From positions 1-57,366 of the forward strand of contig CALVPR010000003.1 in the NCBI GenBank assembly GCA_944351765.1: a stretch of 57,366 nucleotides of DNA. The letters are read 5' to 3'. Made by a program: the position numbers and the translations under genes. Positions 9,933 through 19,976 of the stretch are shown here, piece by piece. The notes beneath the pieces are model-generated. The model was not told where the DNA came from. It worked only from the letters and a program-made list of their open reading frames with translations, and did not search any database. Origin of the DNA: an uncultured Bacilli bacterium. GTDB taxonomy: Bacteria > Bacillota_I > Bacilli_A > RF39 > UBA660. Numbering within the stretch: position 1 is the stretch's first letter; every line of letters starts with the position of its first letter.

Positions 9933-10869
9933 GATAGTAATTGCGTTAGGAGGGAATGCTTTAGGTAAAACTCCTTCTGAACAACTAAATTTATTAGAAA
10001 AAACAGCCAAAATTATTGTAGATTTAATAAGATGTAAACATAAAATAGTTTTAACTCATGGTAATGGACCACAAGTTGGACAAATTGCTCTTGCAATGGA
10101 GTTTTCTGCAGGAAGCGAAGTTAAAACACCTTTCATGCCATTTCCTGAGTGTGGAAGTATGAGTCAAGGTTATATTGGTTACCAATTGCAACAATGTATA
10201 CAAGATGAATTAGAAAGGCAAAAAATAAAAAAGAATTGTGTAACTATAATAACACAAGTGCTAGTTGATTCTGAGGATAAAGCATTCCAAAATCCAACCA
10301 AACCAATAGGAATGTTTTATACAAAAGAAGAGGCCTTAGAAATAGAAAAAGAAAAAGGATATACTTTTGTAGAAGATTCTGGCCGTGGATATAGGAGAGT
10401 AGTACCATCTCCAATTCCTATTGATATAATAGAAAAAGAAGTTATAGAACAACTTGTTAATAGTGATAATATTGTTATTGCTGCTGGTGGAGGAGGTATT
10501 CCTGTTGTTAAAGAAGATCGTATAAAATTACTAGAAGGAGTAGAAGCAGTAATTGATAAAGATCGTACAGGAGCTCTTCTTGCTAAAGAAATTGGCGCTG
10601 ATGTATTACTTATATTAACTGCGGTTGATAAAGTATATATTAATTATAATAAAGAAAATCAAACAGGTCTTTCATCATTAACTATTGATGAAGCACAAAG
10701 ATATATTGATGAAGGTCAATTTGCTAAAGGAAGTATGCTTCCTAAAGTAGAAGCTTGTATTGATTTTGTTAAGGAAAGTAGTGATAAAATTGCTATTATT
10801 ACCTCTTTAGAAGAAGCAAGTAGTGCTTTAACTGGAAAAAATGGTACTGTAATAAGAGGAGGAAAATAA
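9925..10869 (+). CDS. arcC: carbamate kinase
   Basis: ALGGNAL, THGNGPQVG, RRVVPSP and GSMLPKV. Confidence 0.96.
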   Translation: MSKIVIALGGNALGKTPSEQLNLLEKTAKIIVDLIRCKHKIVLTHGNGPQVGQIALAMEFSAGSEVKTPFMPFPECGSMSQGYIGYQLQQCIQDELERQKIKKNCVTIITQVLVDSEDKAFQNPTKPIGMFYTKEEALEIEKEKGYTFVEDSGRGYRRVVPSPIPIDIIEKEVIEQLVNSDNIVIAAGGGGIPVVKEDRIKLLEGVEAVIDKDRTGALLAKEIGADVLLILTAVDKVYINYNKENQTGLSSLTIDEAQRYIDEGQFAKGSMLPKVEACIDFVKESSDKIAIITSLEEASSALTGKNGTVIRGGK

Positions 10870-10870
10870 A

Positions 10871-12316
10871 GTGGCAAAGAAAAAATCAAAATTTATGTTA
10901 TCAGCATTTACAATTATAATTATTTTAATTGCTGGTCTAGGAGTTCTTTCACATCTACTTCCTAATGCGGAGTTTGTTGGTGACGAAATTATTAATGGTA
11001 GTGGTACGGTTGGTGCCAAATTATCAGAGGTATTGTTATCACCAATTTTAGGATTCCAAAATGCAGTAGATGTATGTGTATTCGTATTAATTTTAGGAGG
11101 ATTTTTGGCTATTGTAACTAAAACAGGTGCTTTAGAAACAGGTATTAAAGTTTTAGTTAAAAAATTAAAAGGAAATGAATTAATTTTAATCCCAATTCTT
11201 ATGTTAATATTCTCAATAGGTGGAACAACTTATGGAATGTTAGAAGAAACTGTAGGATTCTATGCATTACTTTCTGTAACTATGGTAGCAGCAGGCATGG
11301 ATACAATTGTTGCATCAGCTGTTGTATTATTAGGAGCAGGTTCTGGGGTATTAGGTTCTACAATTAATCCATTTGCAGTAGGTGCTGCAGTATCAGCACT
11401 TCCTGAGGGAACTGTGGTTAATCAAGGTTTAATCATATTAATTGGAACATTTTTATGGTTATCAACTTTAATCATTTCAATTTTATTTGTTATGAATTAT
11501 GCTAAAAAAGTAAAAGCAGATAAAGGTTCAACTTTCTTATCACTTCGTGAACAAAAAATGATGGAAAAGAAATATGGTAGAGAAGAAACTGAAGAAGAAA
11601 AGAAAGAAGCGAAATTAACAGGAAAACAAAAGTTTACATTAATTTTATTTGGACTTACTTTCTTAGTAATGATTATAGGATTTGTTCCTTGGGGTGATTT
11701 TAATGTAACAATTTTTGAAGAGACAACTGGTTGGTTAACGGGATCACCACTAGGTGGATGGTATTTCTTTGAATCAGCATTATGGTTTTTAATTATGGCA
11801 GTAATAATTGGAATTATTAATAGAATGCATGAAAAAGATATTGTAGATACCTTTATTGATGGTGCAAATGATATGGTTGGAGTTATTTTAGTAATTGCTG
11901 TAGCTCGTGGTGCTAGTGTACTTATGCAAACTACATATTTAGATAATTACATTATTTATAATGCTTCAAATATATTAAAGAATGTTCCAGAATTGGTATT
12001 TACACCACTTAACTATTTATTACATATAGTTTTATCAGTATTAGTTCCATCATCATCAGGACTTGCTACATTATCTACACCAATAATTGGACCTCTTGCA
12101 AGTCAATTAGGTTATAGTGTAGAAGTAGCAGTTATGAGTATGGTATCTGCTAATGGACTTGTAAATTTAATTACACCAACATGTGGAGCTATTATGGGTG
12201 GACTTGCTCTTGCCAAAGTAGAATATTCTACATGGTTTAAATGGGCATTTAAAGTAGTATTTACAATAGCATTAATTAATATATTAGTACTTACTGTATT
12301 TACAATAATATTATAA
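10871..12316 (+). CDS. arcD: YfcC/ArcD-type arginine-ornithine antiporter
   Basis: Multi-TM; GGTTYGMLEE, STINPF and VPSSSG motifs; last gene of the arc operon. Confidence 0.85.
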   Translation: MAKKKSKFMLSAFTIIIILIAGLGVLSHLLPNAEFVGDEIINGSGTVGAKLSEVLLSPILGFQNAVDVCVFVLILGGFLAIVTKTGALETGIKVLVKKLKGNELILIPILMLIFSIGGTTYGMLEETVGFYALLSVTMVAAGMDTIVASAVVLLGAGSGVLGSTINPFAVGAAVSALPEGTVVNQGLIILIGTFLWLSTLIISILFVMNYAKKVKADKGSTFLSLREQKMMEKKYGREETEEEKKEAKLTGKQKFTLILFGLTFLVMIIGFVPWGDFNVTIFEETTGWLTGSPLGGWYFFESALWFLIMAVIIGIINRMHEKDIVDTFIDGANDMVGVILVIAVARGASVLMQTTYLDNYIIYNASNILKNVPELVFTPLNYLLHIVLSVLVPSSSGLATLSTPIIGPLASQLGYSVEVAVMSMVSANGLVNLITPTCGAIMGGLALAKVEYSTWFKWAFKVVFTIALINILVLTVFTIIL

Positions 12317-12340
12317 AGAATGGATTTCCCATTCTTTTTT
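12315..12340 (+). terminator. intrinsic terminator of the arc operon
   Basis: AAAGAATGG-ATTTC-CCATTCTTT plus T run. Confidence 0.7.
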
Positions 12341-12380
12341 CTTTTATTTAATGTTATAATTAATATGAAGGAGTATAGAT

Positions 12381-12887
12381 ATGAAAAAAGAAATTAATAA
12401 ACAAAGAACAAATTATTTAACATGGGATGAATTCTTTATGGGAGTATCTAAATTGTCTGCAATGAGGAGTAAAGATCCGTCTACTCAAGTAGGTGCTTGT
12501 ATAGTAGGATCTGATAATAGAATATTATCTATTGGATATAATGGAACTCCAAATGGAATAGAAGATAAAGAATTCCCTTGGGATAGAGAAGGTGAACCTC
12601 TTGAAACTAAATATTTATATGTATGTCATGCGGAAATGAATGCCATATTAAATTATAGAGGAAGTAGAAAAGAATTAGAAGGGGCAAAAATATATGTTGA
12701 TTTATTTCCATGTAACGAATGTGCAAAATTAATTATTCAATCAGGTATTAAAGAAGTTATTTATGTTTGTGATAAATATGCTAATACAGAAAGTGTTATT
12801 GCTTCTAAAAAGATGTTTGATATGGTAGGAATAATATACAGACAAATAGAATTTGATAAAAATGAAATAATAATTAATTTAAAATAG
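12381..12887 (+). CDS. dCMP deaminase
   Basis: RSKDPSTQVGACI, HAEMNA and PCNEC. Confidence 0.93.
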   Translation: MKKEINKQRTNYLTWDEFFMGVSKLSAMRSKDPSTQVGACIVGSDNRILSIGYNGTPNGIEDKEFPWDREGEPLETKYLYVCHAEMNAILNYRGSRKELEGAKIYVDLFPCNECAKLIIQSGIKEVIYVCDKYANTESVIASKKMFDMVGIIYRQIEFDKNEIIINLK

Positions 12888-12957
12888 AAAAAGTATTGAA
12901 ATAGTTAATACTATTTTGTATAATTAAATTGTAATTGCAAATAGGAAAGGTGAAAAG

Positions 12958-13407
12958 ATGAATACATATAAAGTTACAGTGCATAATGAAAAAGAAACAA
13001 TAGAATTGGCGCAAAATATTGAATCAGAAAAATTTCCTAATATGGTTATTTGTCTAAATGGAGATTTAGGAAGTGGTAAAACTGTTTTTGCTAAAGGATT
13101 TGCACGAGCAATGGCAATTAATGATGTTACTTCTCCAACTTTTAATATAATAAAAGAATATAATGGTGAATTACCTCTTTATCATATGGATGTATATAGA
13201 GTAGAAAATAATGTTGAGAATTTAGGATTAAACGAATACTTTGATAAAGGTGGCGTTTCTATTATTGAATGGGCTGATATGATTGAAGAATATTTACCTA
13301 AAGAAAGATTAGAAATAGAATTTAAAATAGTTGATGAAAATACTAGAATATTATTAATTAGAGCATATGGTGAAAAGTATGTTAATATATGTGAGGCTGT
13401 ATTATGA
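12958..13407 (+). CDS. tsaE: t6A biosynthesis ATPase
   Basis: GDLGSGKT, SPTF, HMDVYR and IEW. Confidence 0.95.
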   Translation: MNTYKVTVHNEKETIELAQNIESEKFPNMVICLNGDLGSGKTVFAKGFARAMAINDVTSPTFNIIKEYNGELPLYHMDVYRVENNVENLGLNEYFDKGGVSIIEWADMIEEYLPKERLEIEFKIVDENTRILLIRAYGEKYVNICEAVL

Positions 13408-14027
13408 TAACTTTATTTATAGATACATCAGCTAGTGATGTATCTATTGCTATAATAAAAGATGAAAAAATTATAAGTAAAATTGTAAAAAATATTCCTA
13501 ATGAGCATTCAGTATATGCTGTAAAATTTGTAAATGATGTATTAGAAACTATTGGAATGAAACCTCAAGATATAGATAATATTATGGTTGTAAATGGACC
13601 GGGTTCTTTTACGGGAATAAGAATTGGCCTAACAATAGCTAAAATTTATGGATATTTATTAAAAAAAGATATAATTACAGTATCATCATTAAGAGCAATG
13701 GCACTTAGTAGTAATGCTAAAATAGTTATTCCTATAATTGATGCTCATCATGATAACTATTATTATGGTGTATATGATATGTTTGATAATATTATATTAA
13801 AAGATAATTTTAATAATAAAGAAGAATTATTAAAGCAAATAAATAAATATGAAGATGCTGATATTGTTAGTAATGAAATAATAGATAATGGCGATATTAA
13901 AGCTCGAAAAATAGATTATGATATTGTAAACATAGTTAATCATTATAAATATGAGTTGCCAGTTAATCCTCATTTGGTAGTTCCCAATTATTTAAAATTA
14001 CCACAAGCTTTAGAGGAAAATAAATGA
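13404..14027 (+). CDS. tsaB: t6A biosynthesis protein TsaB
   Basis: IDTS and GPGSFTGIRIG. Confidence 0.95.
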   Translation: MITLFIDTSASDVSIAIIKDEKIISKIVKNIPNEHSVYAVKFVNDVLETIGMKPQDIDNIMVVNGPGSFTGIRIGLTIAKIYGYLLKKDIITVSSLRAMALSSNAKIVIPIIDAHHDNYYYGVYDMFDNIILKDNFNNKEELLKQINKYEDADIVSNEIIDNGDIKARKIDYDIVNIVNHYKYELPVNPHLVVPNYLKLPQALEENK

Positions 14028-14377
14028 TTAAAGAAATAGATAAAATAGAAGAAAATCCATTTTCTAGATATTTAGAATATTATATAGATGATAAAAAAAT
14101 AGGCCATTTAAGATATGCACTTATATATGACAGGATGGAAATAGAAGATTTATTTGTGGAAGAAGAATACAGAAATCAAAAAATTGGTTCTAAATTAATG
14201 AGTTATTTAGTTAGTATTGCAATAGATTATCATGTTGTAAATATTACTTTAGAAGTTAGAAGAAGCAATGAGATTGCGAGAAAATTATATAAAAATTTTG
14301 GTTTTAGAGAAGTTGCTTTGAGGAAATTTTATTATGGAGATGAAGATGGAATATTGATGGAAAAGCAGGTGATGTAA
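14024..14377 (+). CDS. rimI: RimI-like GNAT acetyltransferase
   Basis: TLEVRRSN...LYKNFGF...RKFYY...EDG; lies in the tsa operon. Confidence 0.85.
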   Translation: MIKEIDKIEENPFSRYLEYYIDDKKIGHLRYALIYDRMEIEDLFVEEEYRNQKIGSKLMSYLVSIAIDYHVVNITLEVRRSNEIARKLYKNFGFREVALRKFYYGDEDGILMEKQVM

Positions 14378-15387
14378 TGAAAGATGTAGTATGTTTAGCA
14401 ATAGAGACTAGTTGTGATGAAACAAGTATGAGTATTATAAAAAACGGAAGTGAAGAAATAGCAACAGTTGTATTTACTCAAATTGATATTCACAAAAAAT
14501 TTGGCGGAGTAGTTCCTGAAATAGCAAGTAGGAGTCATATTGAAAGTATTACCATTGTGCTTGATGAATTATTTGAAAAATCTAAAATGACTATAGATGA
14601 TATTGATATAATTGGTGTTACTTATGGTCCAGGTCTTATAGGATCATTATTAATAGGGTTACAAGCTGCTAAAACAATAGCTATGATTACTGGTAAACCA
14701 TTAATACCGGTTCACCATATTGCTGGTCATATATATGCAAATAATTTAGAAAATAGACTACAGTTTCCACTAATAGCATTAGTAGTAAGTGGTGGTCATA
14801 CAGAACTCATATATATGAAAGAAGACTATTCATTTGAAAGAATTGGCGGAACTCTAGATGATGCGGTAGGAGAAGCATATGATAAAGTAGCTAAGATATT
14901 AGGACTTGATTACCCAGGTGGACCTGTAGTAGATGCTTTATCAATAAAAGGAAAAGATACCTATGATTTACCTTATCCACTTGATGATAAGTCATATAAC
15001 TTTAGTTTTAGTGGTATTAAAAGTGCTGTAGTAAATATTGTTCATAATGAAAAGCAAAGAAAAAAAGAAATTAGAGTAGAAGATATGTGTACTTCTTTTC
15101 AAAACAGAGTAGTAGAAGTTATTACTAAAAAGACAATGAGAGCACTTAAAGAATATAAAGTTAAAAACTTAATAATTGCTGGTGGAGTAGCTGCTAATAA
15201 TGGACTTAGAAATAAGTTTGCTACTTTATGTAAAGAAGAAAAAATAAATCTATCTATTCCTAAGATAAAATATTGTACTGATAATGCTGCCATGATTGGA
15301 GCAGCAGCATATTATGCATATAAAAAAGGAATAGTAGCAGATTTAGAATTAAATGCAGTGGCAACAGATACATTATATAAATATTAA
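14377..15387 (+). CDS. tsaD: t6A threonylcarbamoyltransferase
   Basis: IETSCDET, GGVVPEIASRSH, HIAGH, VSGGHT and CTDNAAMI. Confidence 0.97.
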   Translation: MKDVVCLAIETSCDETSMSIIKNGSEEIATVVFTQIDIHKKFGGVVPEIASRSHIESITIVLDELFEKSKMTIDDIDIIGVTYGPGLIGSLLIGLQAAKTIAMITGKPLIPVHHIAGHIYANNLENRLQFPLIALVVSGGHTELIYMKEDYSFERIGGTLDDAVGEAYDKVAKILGLDYPGGPVVDALSIKGKDTYDLPYPLDDKSYNFSFSGIKSAVVNIVHNEKQRKKEIRVEDMCTSFQNRVVEVITKKTMRALKEYKVKNLIIAGGVAANNGLRNKFATLCKEEKINLSIPKIKYCTDNAAMIGAAAYYAYKKGIVADLELNAVATDTLYKY

Positions 15388-15444
15388 TATATAATGTTTT
15401 TTTGTATAAATTCAATAATTTTTGAAAAAAATAATAAAAAAGGG

Positions 15445-15473
15445 TTGCACTAAAGAGTAAAATGTTGTATACT
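15445..15473 (+). promoter_or_regulatory. sigA promoter of the tRNA gene
   Basis: TTGCAC-17-TATACT with an A-rich UP tract. Confidence 0.75.
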
Positions 15474-15498
15474 ATAGTAGTCTTAACAAAAAAGAGAT

Positions 15499-15574
15499 GC
15501 CTAATTAGCTCAGTCGGTAGAGCACTCGGCTGTTAACCGATAGGTCGTAGGTTCGAGTCCTACATTAGGCGCCA
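15499..15574 (+). tRNA. tRNA-Asn(GTT)
   Basis: Acceptor stem GCCTAAT/ATTAGGC, D-arm GCTC/GAGC, anticodon loop CTGTTAA, GTTCGAG T-loop, encoded CCA. Confidence 0.97.
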
Positions 15575-15584
15575 TTAAGATATT

Positions 15585-15606
15585 AACTCCTTTATAGGAG
15601 TTTTTT
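15585..15606 (+). terminator. intrinsic terminator after the tRNA
   Basis: AACTCCT-TTAT-AGGAGTT plus T run. Confidence 0.8.
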
Positions 15607-15675
15607 CTTTTGTTTATATCTATTAAATATTCTTTTTTTTTGATATAATTAATATTGTTAGAAAGATGTGATAAT

Positions 15676-18258
15676 ATGAAAAAAGTAGTTTTAGTAGATG
15701 GTAATAATTTATTATTTAGAAGTTATTATGCAACTGCATATTCAGGAAATTTTATGAGAAATGCTGATGGATTTCCTACTAATGGATTATATGGCTTTGT
15801 TAATATGATAAATAAAATAATTAATGAAGAAAATCCTGAATATATGGTAGTAGCTTTTGATATAGGAAAAACTTTTAGACATGAAAAATATAGTGAATAT
15901 AAAGGCGGAAGAGATGAGACTCCAAATGATTTGAAAGTACAGTTTCCGTATGCTAAAAAAATACTTAGTGCAATGGGGATAATGTATTTAGAAAAAGAAG
16001 GATATGAAGCAGATGATATAATAGGTACAATTGCTAAAGAGGTAGATATTAATGATGATTTTGTAGGTCTTATTGTAAGTAGTGATAAAGATTTATTACA
16101 ATTAATATCAAATGATGTTGAAGTAAAATTATTAAAAACTAAAGATTATATTAGAATGAATCGTGATGTATTTTTTGAAACTTATGGAATAGAACCAATT
16201 AGAATGATTGATTTAAAAGGTTTGATGGGAGACTCTTCTGATAACATTCCTGGAGTTAAAGGAATTGGTGAAAAAACAGCCCTTAAATTATTGCAAGAAT
16301 ATGATACTATTGAAAATTTGTATAATAATATAGATAAAATAAAAGGGGCTACTAAAGTAAAATTAGAAAGTGGTAAGAAGAGTGCTTTTGATAGTAAAGA
16401 AATAGCCACTATTTATAGAGATGTTCCATTAGATATAAAATTAGAGGACACTAAATATGTTAAAAAGGAATCTCCTGAACTAATAGAAATATATAATTAT
16501 TTAGGTTTTTATTCATTCTTAAAGAAAATAGATTTACCTAAAAAAGATAATAAGAAAATAGAAGTTAATATAATTAACGATATAAGTGAAATAAAGATTG
16601 ATAAACCAGTTGCAGTATATTTAGATATAGATAATGATAATTATCATAATGCTAATATTATTGGAATGGGTGTATATAATGAAGAAGTATCTATTTATAT
16701 TCCTTATGATGTTCTTAAGAATAATCCTAAGTTTTTAACGGATGTTGATAAATATACTTATGATATAAAAAAATTATATGTAAGTTTAATAGAACATAAT
16801 ATTAAAGTTGATAAATTAGTATTTGATACAATGATTAGTGCATATATACTTAATTATAATTTAAAAGATGATATAGCGTATTTGGCTAATGAACTTGAGT
16901 ATGATATTCCATTTACTGATAAAAAAGATGCTTATGATATTGAACTTGAACTTAACATAATTGCAGAAAGAAGTATAATGAAAGCTAAATTTATTTATGA
17001 AACAAGAGATAAGTTTATAAGTGATATGGAAAGAGAAGATGTAACATTTTTATATAATGAAATAGAACTTCCTCTTACAATGACACTTGGTAATATGGAA
17101 ATTGAAGGAATAAGAGTAGATAAGAATATTTTATTAGATATGAAAGAAGATATAAGAACAAAATTAGATTCATTAACAGAAAATATATATAATTTAGCAG
17201 GATGTGAATTTAATATATCATCTCCTAAGCAACTTGGAGAAGTCTTATTTGAAAAATTAAATCTACCTTATGGGAAGAAGAAAAAAACAGGATATTCAAC
17301 AGATGTTAGTGTTTTAAATAAATTAAAAGGAGATTATCCAATTGTAGATTTAATACTTGAACATAGATCATTATCTAAACTAAATAGTACTTATGTTGAA
17401 GGTATATTAAACGCTGTAAGTGATGATGGAAAAATTCATACAATATATACTCAAGCATTAACTAGGACAGGAAGACTTTCATCAATTGAACCTAATTTAC
17501 AAAATATACCAGTAAGAAATGAATATGGAAGATTAATTAGAAAAGCATTTATACCTGAAGAAAATAGCAAAATAATGTCATCTGATTATTCTCAAATAGA
17601 ACTTAGAATATTTGCTCATTTATCTAAAAACGAGAAGTTAATTGAAGCATTTAATAATAATATGGATATACATACTAAGACTGCTATGGATATATTTCAT
17701 GTACCTATGGAAGAAGTTACTAAAGATATGCGAAGACATGCTAAAGCGGTTAATTTTGGAATATTATATGGAATAAGTAGTTTTGGACTTGCAGAAGACT
17801 TGGGTATTCCTGTAAGTGAAGCAAAAAGATTTATGGATAAATATTTTGAAGTATATCCTGGTATAAAAGATTTTATGAATAAATTAATTGAAGAAGCAAC
17901 AACGAAAGGCTACGCTGTAACTTTAATGAATAGAAAAAGAGTTATTGAAGAATTAACTAATTCTAATTATATAATTAAAAGTATGGGGCAAAGAATGGCA
18001 CTTAATACACCAATTCAAGGAAGTAGTGCCGATATATTAAAGAAAGCAATGGTTGAAATTGAAAGAGAATTTAAGAAATTAAATTTAAAAAGTAAAATGT
18101 TATTACAAGTACACGACGAACTTATTTTTAATGTTTTAAATGATGAAAAAGAAACTGTTACAAATGTCGTTACAAGTATTATGGAAAATACATATAAGAT
18201 AAGTGTACCGTTAGTAGTAGATGTTAATTTTGGTACAAACTGGTATGAAGCAAAATAG
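15676..18258 (+). CDS. polA: DNA polymerase I
   Basis: 5'-exonuclease motifs (YEADD, GDSSDNIPG) and polymerase motifs (TGRLSS, DYSQIELR, NFGILYG, LQVHDEL). Confidence 0.98.
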   Translation: MKKVVLVDGNNLLFRSYYATAYSGNFMRNADGFPTNGLYGFVNMINKIINEENPEYMVVAFDIGKTFRHEKYSEYKGGRDETPNDLKVQFPYAKKILSAMGIMYLEKEGYEADDIIGTIAKEVDINDDFVGLIVSSDKDLLQLISNDVEVKLLKTKDYIRMNRDVFFETYGIEPIRMIDLKGLMGDSSDNIPGVKGIGEKTALKLLQEYDTIENLYNNIDKIKGATKVKLESGKKSAFDSKEIATIYRDVPLDIKLEDTKYVKKESPELIEIYNYLGFYSFLKKIDLPKKDNKKIEVNIINDISEIKIDKPVAVYLDIDNDNYHNANIIGMGVYNEEVSIYIPYDVLKNNPKFLTDVDKYTYDIKKLYVSLIEHNIKVDKLVFDTMISAYILNYNLKDDIAYLANELEYDIPFTDKKDAYDIELELNIIAERSIMKAKFIYETRDKFISDMEREDVTFLYNEIELPLTMTLGNMEIEGIRVDKNILLDMKEDIRTKLDSLTENIYNLAGCEFNISSPKQLGEVLFEKLNLPYGKKKKTGYSTDVSVLNKLKGDYPIVDLILEHRSLSKLNSTYVEGILNAVSDDGKIHTIYTQALTRTGRLSSIEPNLQNIPVRNEYGRLIRKAFIPEENSKIMSSDYSQIELRIFAHLSKNEKLIEAFNNNMDIHTKTAMDIFHVPMEEVTKDMRRHAKAVNFGILYGISSFGLAEDLGIPVSEAKRFMDKYFEVYPGIKDFMNKLIEEATTKGYAVTLMNRKRVIEELTNSNYIIKSMGQRMALNTPIQGSSADILKKAMVEIEREFKKLNLKSKMLLQVHDELIFNVLNDEKETVTNVVTSIMENTYKISVPLVVDVNFGTNWYEAK

Positions 18259-18268
18259 AGGTGATTTA

Positions 18269-19138
18269 ATGGATAAAACAACAAGAACGTTATTAGTAAG
18301 TATTATTGTTAACATGGCATTAGTTATAAGTAAGTTGATAATAGGTTTTTTAGGTAGTTCAAGAGCTTTAATTGCAAATGGTATTCATTCTTTAACAGAT
18401 ATGATAACTGATATAATAGCAATTGTAGGTAATAATTTATCTAGAAAACCTGCTGATACTAGACATCCTTATGGTTATGGTCAAATAGAGTATGTTACTA
18501 ATATTATTATGGGATTAACTATCCTAATATTAGGAGTCACCCAAATATTTAGTGCTTTTTCTAGTAATATTGATATGCCTAGTAATATAATAATTTATGT
18601 TAGTATTATTGCTATGGTGGTAAAATATACTTTATCTAGATATATAACACTTAAAGGTAAAAAATATAAAAGTGGTTTGTTAATAGTATCTGGATTTGAA
18701 TCTAAAGCTGATGCTTTAACTACTTTATTTGTAATTATATCCGCTTTATTATCAAAATTAACTGTGTATAATGAATTATATAAATATTCTGATAATGTTT
18801 GTACATTTGTAATAGGATTATATATTTCCTATGTATCATTAAAAATATTAAAGGAAAATGCTTTTGATTTAATTGATAAAGTTGAAGATAATCAAGAATT
18901 AATAAATAAAATTAAAAAGAAAATACTTAAAAATATTGAAATAAAAGATGTAACTAGTTTATCTTTAATTAAGTATGGAACTTATTATACTGCTAATGTA
19001 GAAATTGCTCTTAATAAAAATACTAAACTAAAAGATATTGAAGAGATAAATAAAAAATTAGAAAAACAATTAGTAAATAGAAGAACTAGAATATCATATT
19101 TAGTACTTAGTACTAAAGTATATGAAGGAAGTGAATAG
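18269..19138 (+). CDS. cation diffusion facilitator (FieF/MMT1-like) transporter
   Basis: HSLTD and KPADTRHPYGYGQIE motifs; about 6 TMs plus cytosolic domain; start after GAGGTG. Confidence 0.88.
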   Translation: MDKTTRTLLVSIIVNMALVISKLIIGFLGSSRALIANGIHSLTDMITDIIAIVGNNLSRKPADTRHPYGYGQIEYVTNIIMGLTILILGVTQIFSAFSSNIDMPSNIIIYVSIIAMVVKYTLSRYITLKGKKYKSGLLIVSGFESKADALTTLFVIISALLSKLTVYNELYKYSDNVCTFVIGLYISYVSLKILKENAFDLIDKVEDNQELINKIKKKILKNIEIKDVTSLSLIKYGTYYTANVEIALNKNTKLKDIEEINKKLEKQLVNRRTRISYLVLSTKVYEGSE

Positions 19139-19139
19139 T

Positions 19140-19976
19140 ATGCCAGAACTACCAGAAGTAGAAACAGTAAAAGAAACACTTAAATTAAAATTAATTGGTA
19201 AAAAGATAAAAGATGTTAAGGTATATTATGACGGTATAATAGCATACCCGGAAGTAAAAGAATTTTCTAAACAAATAAAAAATTTACCTATTAAAGATAT
19301 AAAAAGAAGAGGTAAATGGTTAATGTTTGATTTAGATAAGTATTACTTATTATCACATTTAAGAATGGAAGGAAAGTACTTTTTTAAGAATAAAGAAGAT
19401 AAACTAGATAATCATGAACATGTTGTTTTTACATTGGACGATGATGAAGAATTAAGATATAGAGATACTAGAAAATTTGGTAAAATGTATTTAATTAAAA
19501 AAGAAGATATTAATAGTATTGGACCAATTAAAGATTTAGGATTAGAACCTTGGGATGATAGTTTAACTAAAGAATATCTTAGAAGTAAATATAAAAATAA
19601 AAAGTTACCAATAAAGACCGTATTACTTGATCAAAGTATTATTGTAGGTATTGGTAATATTTATGCTGATGAAATACTATTTTTATCTGAGTTGAATCCT
19701 TTAATTAAATGTTGTGATTTAAAAGATAATGATTTAGATAATATAATTAAATATACAAAAGAAGTATTAGAGAAAGCAATTAAATTAGGGGGAACTACAA
19801 TTAGAACTTATACTTCTGTTGATGGTGTTCATGGTAGATTTCAAAATGAATTATTAATTCATGGAAAAGATAAAGACGTATGTCCTAATTGTGGACAACC
19901 AGTAGCAAAAATAAGAGTAGGGGGAAGAGGTACTTACTATTGTATTAATTGCCAAAAGGATATTTATGAAAAGTAA
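19140..19976 (+). CDS. mutM: formamidopyrimidine-DNA glycosylase
   Basis: MPELPEVE, HLRMEG, GIGNIYADE and C-terminal C4 zinc finger. Confidence 0.97.
   Translation: MPELPEVETVKETLKLKLIGKKIKDVKVYYDGIIAYPEVKEFSKQIKNLPIKDIKRRGKWLMFDLDKYYLLSHLRMEGKYFFKNKEDKLDNHEHVVFTLDDDEELRYRDTRKFGKMYLIKKEDINSIGPIKDLGLEPWDDSLTKEYLRSKYKNKKLPIKTVLLDQSIIVGIGNIYADEILFLSELNPLIKCCDLKDNDLDNIIKYTKEVLEKAIKLGGTTIRTYTSVDGVHGRFQNELLIHGKDKDVCPNCGQPVAKIRVGGRGTYYCINCQKDIYEK

Noticed and set aside
12381-12887. Competence locus (comEB together with the EndA-like nuclease)
   Set aside because: No comEA or comEC adjacent; the protein is best read as a housekeeping dCMP deaminase
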